64,000 nucleotides of DNA from an uncultured Methanosarcinales archaeon (lineage in GTDB: Archaea; Nanobdellota; Nanobdellia; Woesearchaeales; CAYMBN01), in contig CAYMBN010000002.1 of assembly GCA_964388715.1 (NCBI GenBank), forward strand, positions 80,704 to 144,703. Direction: 5' to 3'. This document shows, piece by piece, positions 10,101 through 18,497 of this stretch (its first letter is position 1; each line of letters starts with the position of its first letter). The notes beneath the pieces are model-generated. The model was not told where the DNA came from, made no database searches, and was given only the letters and a program-made list of their open reading frames with translations. Both the position numbers and the translations under genes were made by a program.

Positions 10101-12925
10101 AAGTTTGCATTACCTGTTAAATTATAATCTTCAGCAACACCACTATCATTATTGAATTTCATCATTAATGCCATTGAGGTTGAGTTGATTGCTAATCCTA
10201 ATCTATTGCTGCTGTTAGAGAAGTGTCCCCATTTTGTTGAGAAGGCTGTGCCTGTTATATGGCCTGAGCCCATTTGGAGATTGCCTGTCATGTTAGCTCC
10301 TGAAGTGTAAACAATGTTTGAACAGCTTCCTGAAGCTGAACAGTTAGTATTAGTATCTGTTATGTTTGTGTCAATGTCTGATCCGCAGCTTAATGTGCTT
10401 CCGTCATAGGTTAATTTGTTGTTGCCTGTGCATGTTGGAATGTTGCTTATGTTTTGGTATTGGACTGTGATTGCACCTGCATCACCATCATATACTATTG
10501 CACTACAACTTCCGCCAGCTGAACAATTGGTATCTGTTTTTGCAACTCCTGTTAAACTAGCGCCGCTTCCAACAAATGTTGTTGCGTTTATTGTTCCAAT
10601 TACTTTGAGTGTGTCAGTTGTGCTGTTGAATGTAAAGTTAGAGTCTGCGCTTAGTGTAGCGCCACCACTAAATTGTATTTCTGAGACAGAACCTGAAGGA
10701 GAGGCTGCTGCAGATTCACATGCAAGATTGCCTGCATTAATGTATAATCTGTTACCAGATGCGCAATTAGTGTCAAAGCTTATGTCAGCTTCTTCAACAG
10801 CATCATCAACAAAATAAGGAAATAATGTTACATTAATGTTTCTTACTTTTAATATGTCAGTGCTTTTGTTCCATGTGAAGTTTGCATCACTACCCATGCT
10901 TCCTCCATCATTAAATTGTACTTCTGTGTCAGAACCTGCTGGTGAGGCTGTTACACTTGTTAATTGACTTCCATTTCCATAAATTAATCCTGTTACATTA
11001 AGGTCATCAGCTACTTTAACTAATGTGGTTGAAGAACTTAATTCTAAGTCAGCTGAACTTTGGATAACACTTTTTGATTGACTATTACTATGATACATGT
11101 TTAGTTTTCCACCTGCTGGATCTGCTATATTAAAACCATTCATACTATCATTAATCAATATTGATCCACCTATTTCTAATTCATCTGTTGAAGCATTGAA
11201 TGTGAAGTTTGCGTCTGCATTCATGCTTGCACCGCCACTGAATTGTACTTGTGAGACAGAACCTGATGGGGAAGCTGATGCTGCTTCACATGCAAGATTG
11301 CCTGAACTGATATAAAGTCTGTTACCTGAAGAACATGATGTGTCAAAGCTGATATCTTTTTCTTCGATTGAATCGTTGCTTAGTTTGATTACTGTTGTTA
11401 CGTTTAGGTTGTTGACTTTTAATTCGTCAGTTGTGCTGTTGAATGTGAAATTATCATCTGAGCTGAATGAACTTGCATCGTCAGTGAATTGTATGAAACC
11501 TTCATTACCACTTGCTGATGTTGTTGTTGGTGTTGATATACAACTCCATGCACCGTTGTTGTGTTCTAAGATTTCATTACTACCACAAGCTCTTATTCTA
11601 AAGGTTGTAGTGTTTAAGATTAAACCAGAGCCATTGGTATAGGTTACATTAGTGTCAATATTATTTATACAAAATAATCCAGATGCATTGTATTTAAGTC
11701 TTTGATTGATGCTACATATTGGGAATTGTGTTTTATACTGGACATTTGAACAAGAACCATTAACTGAACAGTTGCCATCAGTACCTCCAGCATCACTTTC
11801 ACATTCCCATTCTGTGCTTGTTGTGTTGTATTTTAGGATTTCTGTGTCTGCACAATTTCTTAAACTAAATACTGTACCTGTTAAATTTAATCCTGTGCCA
11901 TTGGAGTAAGTTATGTTTGTGTCAATGTCTGATCCGCAGCTTAATGTGCTTCCGTCGTAGGTTAATTTGTTGTTGCCTGTGCATGTTGGGATGTTGCTTA
12001 TGTTTTGATATTGGACTGTGACTGCACCTGCGTCACCATCATAAACTATTGCACTACAACTTCCACCAGCTGAACAATTAGTGTCTGTTTTTGCAACACC
12101 TGTTAGTTGTGCTCCACTTCCATATAAATTGCCTGTAAAATTGATGTCACCTTGAACTTGTAATTCTTGAATATATTTTGTTGTTCCAATGCTTATGTAA
12201 CTTGCATTTGTAATGTTTGCATTGCCAAAAATAAGATTGCCTGTCATTCTTGATCCTGATTTATACATTACATTTGAACAACTTCCATCAACTGAACAGT
12301 TTCCGTCAGCACCTGAACCTGCTGCTTCACATGCAAGATTACCACCACTTATATATAATCTATTACCAGATACACATGATGTTGTAAATTGTACATCTAT
12401 TTCTTGAACAGAATCATTATCCAGGTCAAGGAATGCTCCTGATGCGTTTAGTTTGGTTGAAACAGAAAGTCCTGCTGTTGATATGTTGCCTGTTATTGTT
12501 ATGTTTGTGCTTGCATTGATGTCTTCTCCTTTTATTGTTGCATCTATAATGTCAGTTGTATCTATTGGACCTATTGTTGAATAAAATTGTTTTCTGTCTG
12601 TGCCTGAGAAATTAAGGTTTTCTGTGTTAACTTCTAAATCAAGATAGTAATATGTTCCATATCTTAAACTTAAGTCAACACTTCCACTACCAAGCATTAC
12701 ATCATAATAACCATTACTGATTGAGTTGACAAAGTCACTACTTGAATTATATAGTGGGGTTCCACCTGATGAATTTAAGTAAATCAAAACAGTAAGATTT
12801 CCAGTTGTAACTAGACTTCCACTTTGTGTTACTTTACCTTGTAATGCCATTAACTGATCAAGTGGATATGCAATAGGTAAAAATAATAAAATCATACACA
12901 TTCCAATGATTAATTTATTTTTCAT
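4151..12925 (-). CDS. 2924-aa secreted fibre-like adhesin: 3 LamG domains, LVIVD propeller, C-terminal peptidase-G2-like autocleaving chaperone
   Basis: Signal peptide; many GNGSQLT and GS..QVQF..A/MDANFTF repeats; LamG x3; LVIVD repeats (VYVQGQYAYV...IIDIS); C-terminal GADFAEMF...GDVV...VAGVVSEKP...GAILGKAM. Confidence 0.85.
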   Translation of the reverse strand: MKNKLIIGMCMILLFLPIAYPLDQLMALQGKVTQSGSLVTTGNLTVLIYLNSSGGTPLYNSSSDFVNSISNGYYDVMLGSGSVDLSLRYGTYYYLDLEVNTENLNFSGTDRKQFYSTIGPIDTTDIIDATIKGEDINASTNITITGNISTAGLSVSTKLNASGAFLDLDNDSVQEIDVQFTTSCVSGNRLYISGGNLACEAAGSGADGNCSVDGSCSNVMYKSGSRMTGNLIFGNANITNASYISIGTTKYIQELQVQGDINFTGNLYGSGAQLTGVAKTDTNCSAGGSCSAIVYDGDAGAVTVQYQNISNIPTCTGNNKLTYDGSTLSCGSDIDTNITYSNGTGLNLTGTVFSLRNCADTEILKYNTTSTEWECESDAGGTDGNCSVNGSCSNVQYKTQFPICSINQRLKYNASGLFCINNIDTNVTYTNGSGLILNTTTFRIRACGSNEILEHNNGAWSCISTPTTTSASGNEGFIQFTDDASSFSSDDNFTFNSTTDELKVNNLNVTTVIKLSNDSIEEKDISFDTSCSSGNRLYISSGNLACEAASASPSGSVSQVQFSGGASMNADANFTFNASTDELEIGGSILINDSMNGFNIADPAGGKLNMYHSNSQSKSVIQSSADLELSSSTTLVKVADDLNVTGLIYGNGSQLTSVTASPAGSDTEVQFNDGGSMGSDANFTWNKSTDILKVRNINVTLFPYFVDDAVEEADISFDTNCASGNRLYINAGNLACESAAASPSGSVSEIQFSGGATLSADSNFTFNSTTDTLKVIGTINATTFVGSGASLTGVAKTDTNCSAGGSCSAIVYDGDAGAITVQYQNISNIPTCTGNNKLTYDGSTLSCGSDIDTNITDTNTNCSASGSCSNIVYTSGANMTGNLQMGSGHITGTAFSTKWGHFSNSSNRLGLAINSTSMALMMKFNNDSGVAEDYNLTGNANFTVYDYSGSGHNGTFYDNGTTLDSVHSSTSGKFSTGGLNFDGKDDYIKFNTDIFKSATAGTITAWIKTSSTDLGGAILTYTNLGASDDYFTISVLSNGKLETNHRSSAATDRLNSVGTVTGDTWYHVAFVSDGSDYSYYINGVNQSLTAEQGSNSGRWFADLDGGGPVYTNFIGKFDRSSGHGTFFNGTIDDLVLWNRTLSAQEIYQEYIADTEHINHDENLKRIYIDENQSLTVFGDLNIGTNESAAKSNINVTGNVTAKYFIGNGSQLTNVGTTYDNGSGLILNTTTFRIRACGSNEILEHNNGAWSCISTPTTTSASGNEAYIQFADDASSFSSDANFTFNSTTDELKVSSLNVTTVIKLSNDSIEEKDISFDTSCTSGNRLYINAGNLACEAASASPSGSVSQVQFSGGASMNADANFTFNASTDELKIGGSILINDSMNGFNLADPAGGKLNMYHSNSQSKSVIQSSADLELSSSTTLVKVADDLNVTGLYYGNGSQLTGITATVTDVWVNTSGDTMTGNLTMGDNYILNSTSIKGVSTQGLLLYMPFEDADSGNQSLTKDWSGNSNDGTLNHLHESDWIDGQVGKALDFDGENDSIDLTGFTATGGLYTFSFWVKYHGGTGSGDMLFDSQTNRLALNYNQSNDLAFYDGSWQQFGSSPSNNVWHHIVYAFNATKGLAYVDGIQLGTAKTYDAPNLTGSIAIGSKNDGANHFFNGTIDEVRIYNRTLSLTEIKTLYQMGINDHQEIGGSWVSRDDVYTNNNGSVGINTTTPTNTLKVQGDINFTDLIYGNGSQLTDVIATPGGSDSQVQYNDVSSMGADANFTWDEATDTLSVGSLLVNGSMNSFKVAGGAAGNINMYYSDMFTKGVIESSSGDLELTTTSGTVQLTDDLNVTGLYYGNGSQLTGITATVTDVWVNTSGDTMTGNLTMGDNYILNSTSIKGVSTQGLLLYMPFEDADSGNQSLTKDWSGNSNDGTLNHLHESDWIDGQVGKALDFDGENDSIDLTGFTATGGLYTFSFWVKYHGGTGSGDMLFDSQTNRLALNYNQSNDLAFYDGSWQQFGSSPSNNVWHHIVYAFNATKGLAYVDGIQLGTAKTYDAPNLTGSIAIGSKNDGANHFFNGTIDEVRIYNRTLSLTEIKTLYQMGINDHQEIGGSWVSRDDVYTNNNGSVGINTTTPTNTLKVQGDINFTDLIYGNGSQLTDVIATPGGSDSQVQYNDVSSMGADANFTWDEATDTLSVGSLLVNGSMNSFKVAGGAAGNINMYYSDMFTKGVIESSSGDLELTTTSGTVQLTDDLNVTGLYYGNGSQLTGITASVTDVWVNSSGDILTGEFNLSGSLRTNASGANVISSISGQVLDGLKEVYVQGQYAYVTASTNNSFSIIDISDKKRPIIVSTYENATLLDDARGIFILGKYAYVAGYTADRFSIFDVSNPINISYISTVVVNGANEVFVQGKYAYLSTGAGNTINIYDISDPNNILFLSTLSEDNVGGVYAQGKYVYTVADDDHEFFVIDVSIPSSPVIVGSLVNSTHLPSAYDVYVSGSYAYVACLAGGVMSIVNISNPTNPNIVGTYDDVATGAQYSDITVQGDYAYLTDLSDDEFYIIDVSNKTNPTQVLRKKDANFFDSVRGLFVDGKYIYTTSLDDDMLTITELDGIRTPTLSTGSLEASSINVKENMIVGHNIYAGDSIVVGDRGIMTSGDLSVAKNVNVTNNVSATYFIGDGSQLSGITATDLYVNESGDTMSGHLDMGWNQITSVNSINWSVNNENLTIYNNFGKYILGSTTNISLDAIEGGNGQVEIWDKLQLSADLEVDSTDLFVDVSENKVGIGTATPNQELHVVGTTNITENLFIGGNITSSGADFAEMFDSDEKLQPGDVVCLTTDYKVKKCDSKANPAVAGVVSEKPTIIGNSQNGKYAVGIVGIVKTKVKGPIKSFELLTTSSKKGYAEKASINDFGAILGKAMQPCYKSECKINVLIGLR
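6201..8643. repeat. 1215-bp (405-codon) tandem duplication inside the 2924-aa gene
   Basis: TTAAGGTCATCAG recurs at 6201, 7416 and 8631. Units 6201-7415 and 7416-8630 look identical by eye and give identical translations. Confidence 0.92.
8631..11633. repeat. Older dispersed intragenic duplication (~8631-9265 vs ~10998-11633)
   Basis: Offset 2367 bp. Near-identical protein (NGSGLILNTTTFRIRAC...VKVADDLNVTG) with many, mostly synonymous, DNA differences. Confidence 0.85.
10359..12105. repeat. ~195-bp intragenic duplication (10359-10554 vs 11910-12105)
   Basis: LTGVAKTDTNCSAGGSCSAIVYDGDAGA.TVQYQNISNIPTCTGNNKLTYDGSTLSCGSDIDTNIT occurs twice, offset 1551 bp. Confidence 0.85.
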
Positions 12926-13085
12926 TTTTTGTTATTGTTTTTTGAATTAATCCAAAATCATAGAGCTTTTGCTCCATTAGTTCTCTTGCAAGCATTGATT
13001 TCTTTTTACCAATTTTTTTTGAAGTGCTTTCAAGAAGTAGATTAATCTCTTTAGATACAGTAATTCTGATCTGTACATTAGACAT
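12915..13085 (-). CDS. Small ribbon-helix-helix (CopG-like) DNA-binding protein, 56 aa
   Basis: Below the ORF-track cutoff. MSNVQIRITVSKEINLLLESTSKKIGKKKSMLARELMEQKLYDFGLIQKTITKNEK: beta strand QIRITV, helix, G turn, S-capped second helix. Stop overlaps the ATG of the 2924-aa gene; promoter lies ~24 nt upstream. Confidence 0.75.
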   Translation of the reverse strand: MSNVQIRITVSKEINLLLESTSKKIGKKKSMLARELMEQKLYDFGLIQKTITKNEK

Positions 13086-13108
13086 GTTTATACTTAATAT
13101 TGTATAAA

Positions 13109-13125
13109 TATTTAAATGTTTCGGT
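13109..13125 (-). promoter_or_regulatory. Archaeal BRE+TATA promoter, probably leaderless RHH transcript
   Basis: Minus strand ACCGAAACATTTAAATA. The same ACCGAAACATTTA core occurs at 33958-33970. Confidence 0.7.
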
Positions 13126-13160
13126 AAGAATTATACTTTATTTATGCTAAATAATGTATA

Positions 13161-16100
13161 TTATGTATTATTGAGATAAACATACAATAATTTCTTTTCA
13201 TTTGCTGAGATATTGAATTCTGCTGTGATAAAATCAGTAGGATCAAAAACATTATCAGAATCAAGGTCAGTGAACCAGTGTGTTAGTAATAATCCTTGGC
13301 TAGCTAAAGCTTGTTTTGCATCAACAACTTGTATTTTATTGATTGTAACTGAGTTTAATGTTACTGTTGAATCTGCATCTGTAATATTTTGTCCTGTTAT
13401 GTGTACATGAACATTATTTTGATTAGTTGATGATTCAACAACAAAAGGTATTCTGTATAATTGAGTGTTATTGAACCAGTGCCATGTCATGTTAACTGAA
13501 GTGTTTAAGTAAATTATGTTATAGGAAACATTTGTACTATTACTTAAGTTAAGTCTGCCAGATGCATATACTGTTGCACTTGCTGAGGTAGAGTTTGGAG
13601 ATATTGTTAAGTCAATGCTCATCGGAACTCCTATTGTTATTGTTCTTTGTCCTGTTGAGTTTGTGTTATTAGAAAGATCTTTGGAAAATGCTTTATAAGT
13701 ATATGTGCCATTTGTTAAATTGGTTTGATTTGAGTAGAATTCCCATTTGTCTGTGTCATATTTTTTTAAGTTTGACATATAGGATTGGTTTATTTCAGTA
13801 GGAGATAAACTCCTGTTCCAAATTCTTACTTTGTCAATAATAGCATCAACTTGTCTAGCGGAATAGCCACCTATTTGAGTTATATTGTCTAAAGGTGTAA
13901 GTCCATCTAATTGTCCAGAATCGTTATAGACTGAAACTCCATCAAGGAATGCTGTTGGATCTCCATTACTATCTAATACCATTGCAACATGATGCCAGCC
14001 TGTTCCAATTACAATATTTGTATCTATCCACCGATTAGTTTCATAGAGTAGGATTAAATCATTGCCATTATTGTCATAACTTGAAGAACCTACACCCAAC
14101 CCAAAACCAGTAGCAGCATTTCCAATCTTAATAAAAGCACCACTCTCACTTGCAGAATCAAGATTTACCCATGCTGATGCAGTGAAACTTCCTGTTCCTA
14201 TACCAAAAGTAGATGAAACAGATATTTGGTCATCTACGCCATCAAAGTCAAACCCACTGCCATATTTTCCACTTAAATTATAAACTGCACTAATTACTGT
14301 TCCATTATTTTGATAAATTGAGTTATCAATCGTTGTTTTTGGAGCATTTGAATCATTTTCAAAACGTATTATTGAACCTGAGGATTGAAGATGGGTACTA
14401 TTAGTAAATGAACCATTTCTAAATATGATTTTTCTTACTGTTCCGGAACCATCAGTTATTAATATATTATCTAAGTAAGCAGTGTAGGTTCCTGCAGAAT
14501 CAGCTTCACATACAACATCATAATTCTGGATTGTTTTTCCTACATGTCCTCCAGTAATTTCAATTTTTCTATGATACCATTGATATAGTGCATAAGCAGA
14601 TATATCAGTATTGGGGTGTACATTTAATCCATTTTGATCAAATACGCCTGAATCCCTTAATGTAGCTGCATCTGATGTGGTATAATCAAAAGCTATATCA
14701 TCGTTTGCGCTAGTCCAAAGAACATCATATTCAACATAATCTCCTGATTGGATAACATAGTTTGACACGCTAGTTAAGTCCTCATAATGGTATGAGTTTC
14801 CACTTGTAGACATTGTATAAGTGGCATTAATTGCTTCTACATCAGTAACATTATCAAAGTTCATCATCAACAACAAAGAATCATTATACATTGTGTAATT
14901 AGTACCATTCCAGTTCCATTTGAATTCATTTAAATCAGCTGCATTTGTTAGTGTGATATTTATTTGTACAGATGTGTTTAGTGTTAATGTGTTATTTAGT
15001 GGGGTAGGAAGGTTGAAACTAATTGTTGGAGGTGATGAAGCATCATTGTGTGCTTCTGCTGTTTGACTACCAAATGTAAATTGTAAATCATGTATTCCTG
15101 TTGTTATTACTTTACTTGTTTCATAACTTGTTTGATTACATGAATAATCTTCAATAAATACAGAATTGTTTGTCCAGTTGTAATCCAGAGTTGTGTTATT
15201 ACACCTAACTTCTAAAAATAACAAATCTTCTGTTTCATTTGTATTACTCCAAGTAGTTTGATTGATAGCTTTTATTGTTAAGTTAGCTGTTCCTGTTGTA
15301 TTGAACATTACTGTCCAGTTTTTACCAATTGTTGGATATGATTGTATGTTTAATACAGTTATCTCGACTTCATAGCTAGCATTAGAAAGATGTGGAACTA
15401 TCCATTGTATTTTATCAATAAGACTGTTGTTGTTTTGGTCAACATAAGTTATATTTGTAACTAGTTCTTTTGTGTTATTAACGAGATGGTATAATTTAAT
15501 ATCTTCTTGATTTGTGTCAGTTATGTTTGTGTAAGCTAGAATGTTTTCATAGTGCACATCAGAACTTATGAATATTTGTTTTTTGTATGGATTGATTTCT
15601 GTTTCAATTGCAATAGGCTCTTCTGTGTAATATTCTATATTATATTCTGCTGGTTCATCCTCAATAATTAATTCTGTTGTATTAATATCAATAATAGCGT
15701 GTCCTGTTACTGTGAACTTTCTGAAAAAGTTGATTACCCCATCAATTACAATAGACCAAAATCCTTTATTTTGAACATTTTTGATTGCACTTGCTGTTAT
15801 AACAATAGGATTTATTTGTTTTTTAGTTGGTTTGTTGAATTTTTTGAGTAATTTGTTTTGTTTTTTCAATATATTGTTTTTACTTTTTTCTTCAAACACA
15901 GAAGTTTCTTTTAATATTCCTTTATCCCTTATTTTGAAAGGTAATTGTTTTATATCAGCAGCGCCTAAACCTCTTATAATTTTTCTTGCAGATATATTAA
16001 ATGATTCTGCTGGAAGTTGTGTTGTGTTTGAATCTTCAATTGTTTTTGTCCATTTAACTGGTTTATTGATCTCTGCATAACCTTGGACAGCTTGTTCTTC

Positions 16101-17033
16101 TTCCTCTATTGCAGGAGTTACTTCTTCCTCTTGCTGTGTTTGGTTAAATATGTTTACTCCTGTTAAGTCTGTTAGTGTTTGGTATTGTAAGAAAGCGTCA
16201 AGTGTTATAAAATAATCATCTGATAAATTGTTTTTGTTGTTTGTTACATTAATTGTTACAATGTGTTCTTTATCTTCTAATCCTGTTGCTATTTCTTTAA
16301 CAACACTATAAACAATGTTTTCAGAGTATAAATCAATGTTTTGACTTACATCATCTACAATAATATTTAAAATACCATAATCATAACGTGTTGCAACAAG
16401 TAAATGAAGATTTGTTCCAGTGAATGTAAAATTAATTTGATCATTTTCAAAGTATGAAGTGATAGCTTTACTGTTACTATATCTTTCATCTTCAACTTCA
16501 ACCCAATCATTAATTATATCTTCTGTTTCTTGGAGTATGACAAGAACATTTTGTGGTTCAGAGATTTCTTCTGGTTCTGTTGTTTCATTTGTTTCTATTG
16601 TTTCATTGACTTCAATTGTTTCATTGATTGAAATTGTCTGGTTTGTTTGGTTTATTGAGGTTGTTTGATTTGTTTGGTTAATTGTGGTTTGGTTAGTCTC
16701 ATTAACTAAGATTGTTTCATTGACTAAGATTGTTTGATTTGTTTGATTAATTGTAGTTTGATTTGTCTCATTAATTGTTTGATTGATTTCAATGGTTTCA
16801 TTTAACTCTATTGTTTGATTAGTTTCATTTGTTATTGTTTGGTTTATTTCTATTGTTTCATTAATTTCAGTTGTTTCGTTGACAGTTGTTTCATTTGTTG
16901 ATTCATTATCATAAACAGCAAGTCCAACTGTGGAAGGATTATTAAATAAGATTATACCTAACATTATAACTGCTATTAATGTTACTATTAAAATCTCAAA
17001 TTCTATTTTGTGGTTGTTTTTGTTTTTAGGCAT
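13161..17033 (-). CDS. ~1290-aa membrane-anchored surface glycoprotein (N-terminal TM, NxT-rich stalk, LamG, C-terminal DUF2341-like domain)
   Basis: Start re-called at ATG 17033 (MPKNKNNHKIEFEILIV...), overlapping the upstream HTH stop. LamG motifs FDGVDD, WHHVAMV, IDKVRIWNRSLS. Confidence 0.8.
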   Translation of the reverse strand: MPKNKNNHKIEFEILIVTLIAVIMLGIILFNNPSTVGLAVYDNESTNETTVNETTEINETIEINQTITNETNQTIELNETIEINQTINETNQTTINQTNQTILVNETILVNETNQTTINQTNQTTSINQTNQTISINETIEVNETIETNETTEPEEISEPQNVLVILQETEDIINDWVEVEDERYSNSKAITSYFENDQINFTFTGTNLHLLVATRYDYGILNIIVDDVSQNIDLYSENIVYSVVKEIATGLEDKEHIVTINVTNNKNNLSDDYFITLDAFLQYQTLTDLTGVNIFNQTQQEEEVTPAIEEEEQAVQGYAEINKPVKWTKTIEDSNTTQLPAESFNISARKIIRGLGAADIKQLPFKIRDKGILKETSVFEEKSKNNILKKQNKLLKKFNKPTKKQINPIVITASAIKNVQNKGFWSIVIDGVINFFRKFTVTGHAIIDINTTELIIEDEPAEYNIEYYTEEPIAIETEINPYKKQIFISSDVHYENILAYTNITDTNQEDIKLYHLVNNTKELVTNITYVDQNNNSLIDKIQWIVPHLSNASYEVEITVLNIQSYPTIGKNWTVMFNTTGTANLTIKAINQTTWSNTNETEDLLFLEVRCNNTTLDYNWTNNSVFIEDYSCNQTSYETSKVITTGIHDLQFTFGSQTAEAHNDASSPPTISFNLPTPLNNTLTLNTSVQINITLTNAADLNEFKWNWNGTNYTMYNDSLLLMMNFDNVTDVEAINATYTMSTSGNSYHYEDLTSVSNYVIQSGDYVEYDVLWTSANDDIAFDYTTSDAATLRDSGVFDQNGLNVHPNTDISAYALYQWYHRKIEITGGHVGKTIQNYDVVCEADSAGTYTAYLDNILITDGSGTVRKIIFRNGSFTNSTHLQSSGSIIRFENDSNAPKTTIDNSIYQNNGTVISAVYNLSGKYGSGFDFDGVDDQISVSSTFGIGTGSFTASAWVNLDSASESGAFIKIGNAATGFGLGVGSSSYDNNGNDLILLYETNRWIDTNIVIGTGWHHVAMVLDSNGDPTAFLDGVSVYNDSGQLDGLTPLDNITQIGGYSARQVDAIIDKVRIWNRSLSPTEINQSYMSNLKKYDTDKWEFYSNQTNLTNGTYTYKAFSKDLSNNTNSTGQRTITIGVPMSIDLTISPNSTSASATVYASGRLNLSNSTNVSYNIIYLNTSVNMTWHWFNNTQLYRIPFVVESSTNQNNVHVHITGQNITDADSTVTLNSVTINKIQVVDAKQALASQGLLLTHWFTDLDSDNVFDPTDFITAEFNISANEKKLLYVYLNNT
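16578..16907 (-). repeat. Low-complexity N-E/Q-T sequon array
   Basis: About 23 N-x-T/S sequons in ~110 aa (NETTVNETTEINETIEINQT...). Confidence 0.85.
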
Positions 17034-17454
17034 TTTGGTTTTTATTCTTTGCACGATTGTAAACTGTCCAGATTGTCCTATCATTTCGATTAACTAAGAC
17101 AGCAATTTCATGATAAGTTAGTTTGAGTTGTTCTTTTAAGAAACGTACAACAACTTCAAAAACAGATAATCTTCTGTCAATAAAGACCTGTAAAGGGATT
17201 TTAATATTTGACTGCTTTATGGGGGATTTAGAACTCTTTTTCCTTTTTTTTAAGGTTCTATTGTATGCAGTCCATATAGTTCTTTGATCCCTGTTGATCA
17301 AGAAAGCTATCTCATGATAAGATAACTTTTTTGTTTCTTTTAAATATTCTACAAGAATTTCTAGGACAGCAAGTTTTCTGTCACAAAATAAAGAAACAGG
17401 GACAAGAATATTAGAATTAATACTGTATGTATTAAAATCCCCTTTTTTGACCAT
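17026..17454 (-). CDS. Double-HTH regulator (sigma70 region-4-like HTH x2)
   Basis: Two repeats of P...F.DR.L...E..V..LKE..KL.YHEIA.L.NR..RTIWT.YNR. Paralogue of 33679-33924. Confidence 0.8.
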   Translation of the reverse strand: MVKKGDFNTYSINSNILVPVSLFCDRKLAVLEILVEYLKETKKLSYHEIAFLINRDQRTIWTAYNRTLKKRKKSSKSPIKQSNIKIPLQVFIDRRLSVFEVVVRFLKEQLKLTYHEIAVLVNRNDRTIWTVYNRAKNKNQNA

Positions 17455-17460
17455 TAGTTA

Positions 17461-17533
17461 ATACTTACGATGTAGGTATATATAAATCTTTTGTTTTTAG
17501 ACTACAAAGGATTATGTTTACTTACAATGTAAG
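17461..17533. promoter_or_regulatory. Two palindromic operator-like sites flanking the TATA of the double-HTH gene
   Basis: ATACTTAC-GAT-GTAGGTAT (17461-17479) and CTTAC-AAT-GTAAG (17521-17533). Minus-strand AAAAGATTTATATATA lies between them. Confidence 0.6.
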
Positions 17534-17546
17534 AATTATTTAATAA

Positions 17547-18497
17547 TTATTTTTTCCTTTTTTTTCTTTTCTTCTTTACTTTACTTCCTTCATTTTTTCT
17601 TCTGAATAATTTTATTAAAAGTATTAACACACTGCTTATGATAATAACATATAATGTGTTGCTTACAATAGATTTAATCTGCCCACAATCAATGTCTTGG
17701 TAAAACATACAATCTGGGTCACATTTATTATCTCTTATTTGATCACAGAAACCATCAGCTGTTCCAGATACACAATCTTGTGGACAATTTTTGCTATTTT
17801 CTTCTTTGTCACAAATACTATCTGAGTTACATGTTTCATTGAGTTCAATTATAACTGGTTTTTCTGCAACATGTAGTTCTACCATTTTTGTTACATCTCT
17901 GTGTCCTGTTTTTGTTGCAGTAACTTCTAAAGTATATGTGCCTTTCTGTGCAAGGTCAACTTTGGCTGGTAAATTTACTTTTTGCATGTAATCATCTGGG
18001 AAAATTACGTTTACATGGGATTCTGTGTCAGATGCTCCTGTGTCAAAATCAAGGAATACTGATTCGTCTCTTACAAAAACATTTTTATCACACTCTTCTT
18101 GGTTACATAACATATCTGGAATTTCTAATGCAGGTTCAACATTTATAAGGAATTGTTTTTTTATGATCTTTTTTTCTGGTTTAATAATTTGTAATATTGC
18201 AGTACAAACTTGTCTTTCAAATGTTTCGTCAATCATAAGCCATGAGTATGTGTCACTATATTTTTTACCTGGTTCTAGGCGTATTGTTAATTGATCAATA
18301 AATTTGTCTGGTGCTTCTGGACAAGATATAATTGTAAAATAAGAAAGCATAACTTCTTTAGTTGATTCAACTGTATAATCAAACTTAACTTTTTCATCTA
18401 ATTTAAATGAATCTTTTATGCTTATATCTGAAGTTAGTTCTGCATTAACAAGATTAATTAACATAATTGCAAGGATTAGGTAAATCAATTTCTTCAC
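17547..18497 (-). CDS. Single-pass surface protein with Ig-like domains and Cys/Asp-rich repeats
   Basis: Signal peptide; CNSDSICDKEENSKNCPQDC...DGFCD...DNKCDPDC...DIDC; C-terminal TM and basic tail. Confidence 0.75.
   Translation of the reverse strand: MKKLIYLILAIMLINLVNAELTSDISIKDSFKLDEKVKFDYTVESTKEVMLSYFTIISCPEAPDKFIDQLTIRLEPGKKYSDTYSWLMIDETFERQVCTAILQIIKPEKKIIKKQFLINVEPALEIPDMLCNQEECDKNVFVRDESVFLDFDTGASDTESHVNVIFPDDYMQKVNLPAKVDLAQKGTYTLEVTATKTGHRDVTKMVELHVAEKPVIIELNETCNSDSICDKEENSKNCPQDCVSGTADGFCDQIRDNKCDPDCMFYQDIDCGQIKSIVSNTLYVIIISSVLILLIKLFRRKNEGSKVKKKRKKRKK

Noticed and set aside
8631..11633. Near-identical repeat pair as a possible DGR template/variable repeat
   Set aside because: Both copies are in frame within one gene, the differences are mostly synonymous and not adenine-specific, and no reverse transcriptase is present in the window.
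2677..12925. Prophage interpretation of the tail-fibre-like genes
   Set aside because: Both proteins have signal peptides, and no capsid, terminase, portal or integrase genes are present.
17034..17084. Track start for the 1307-aa ORF
   Set aside because: It overlaps the HTH gene by 59 nt. ATG 17033 gives a normal basic N-region plus TM and an 8-nt coupling overlap.
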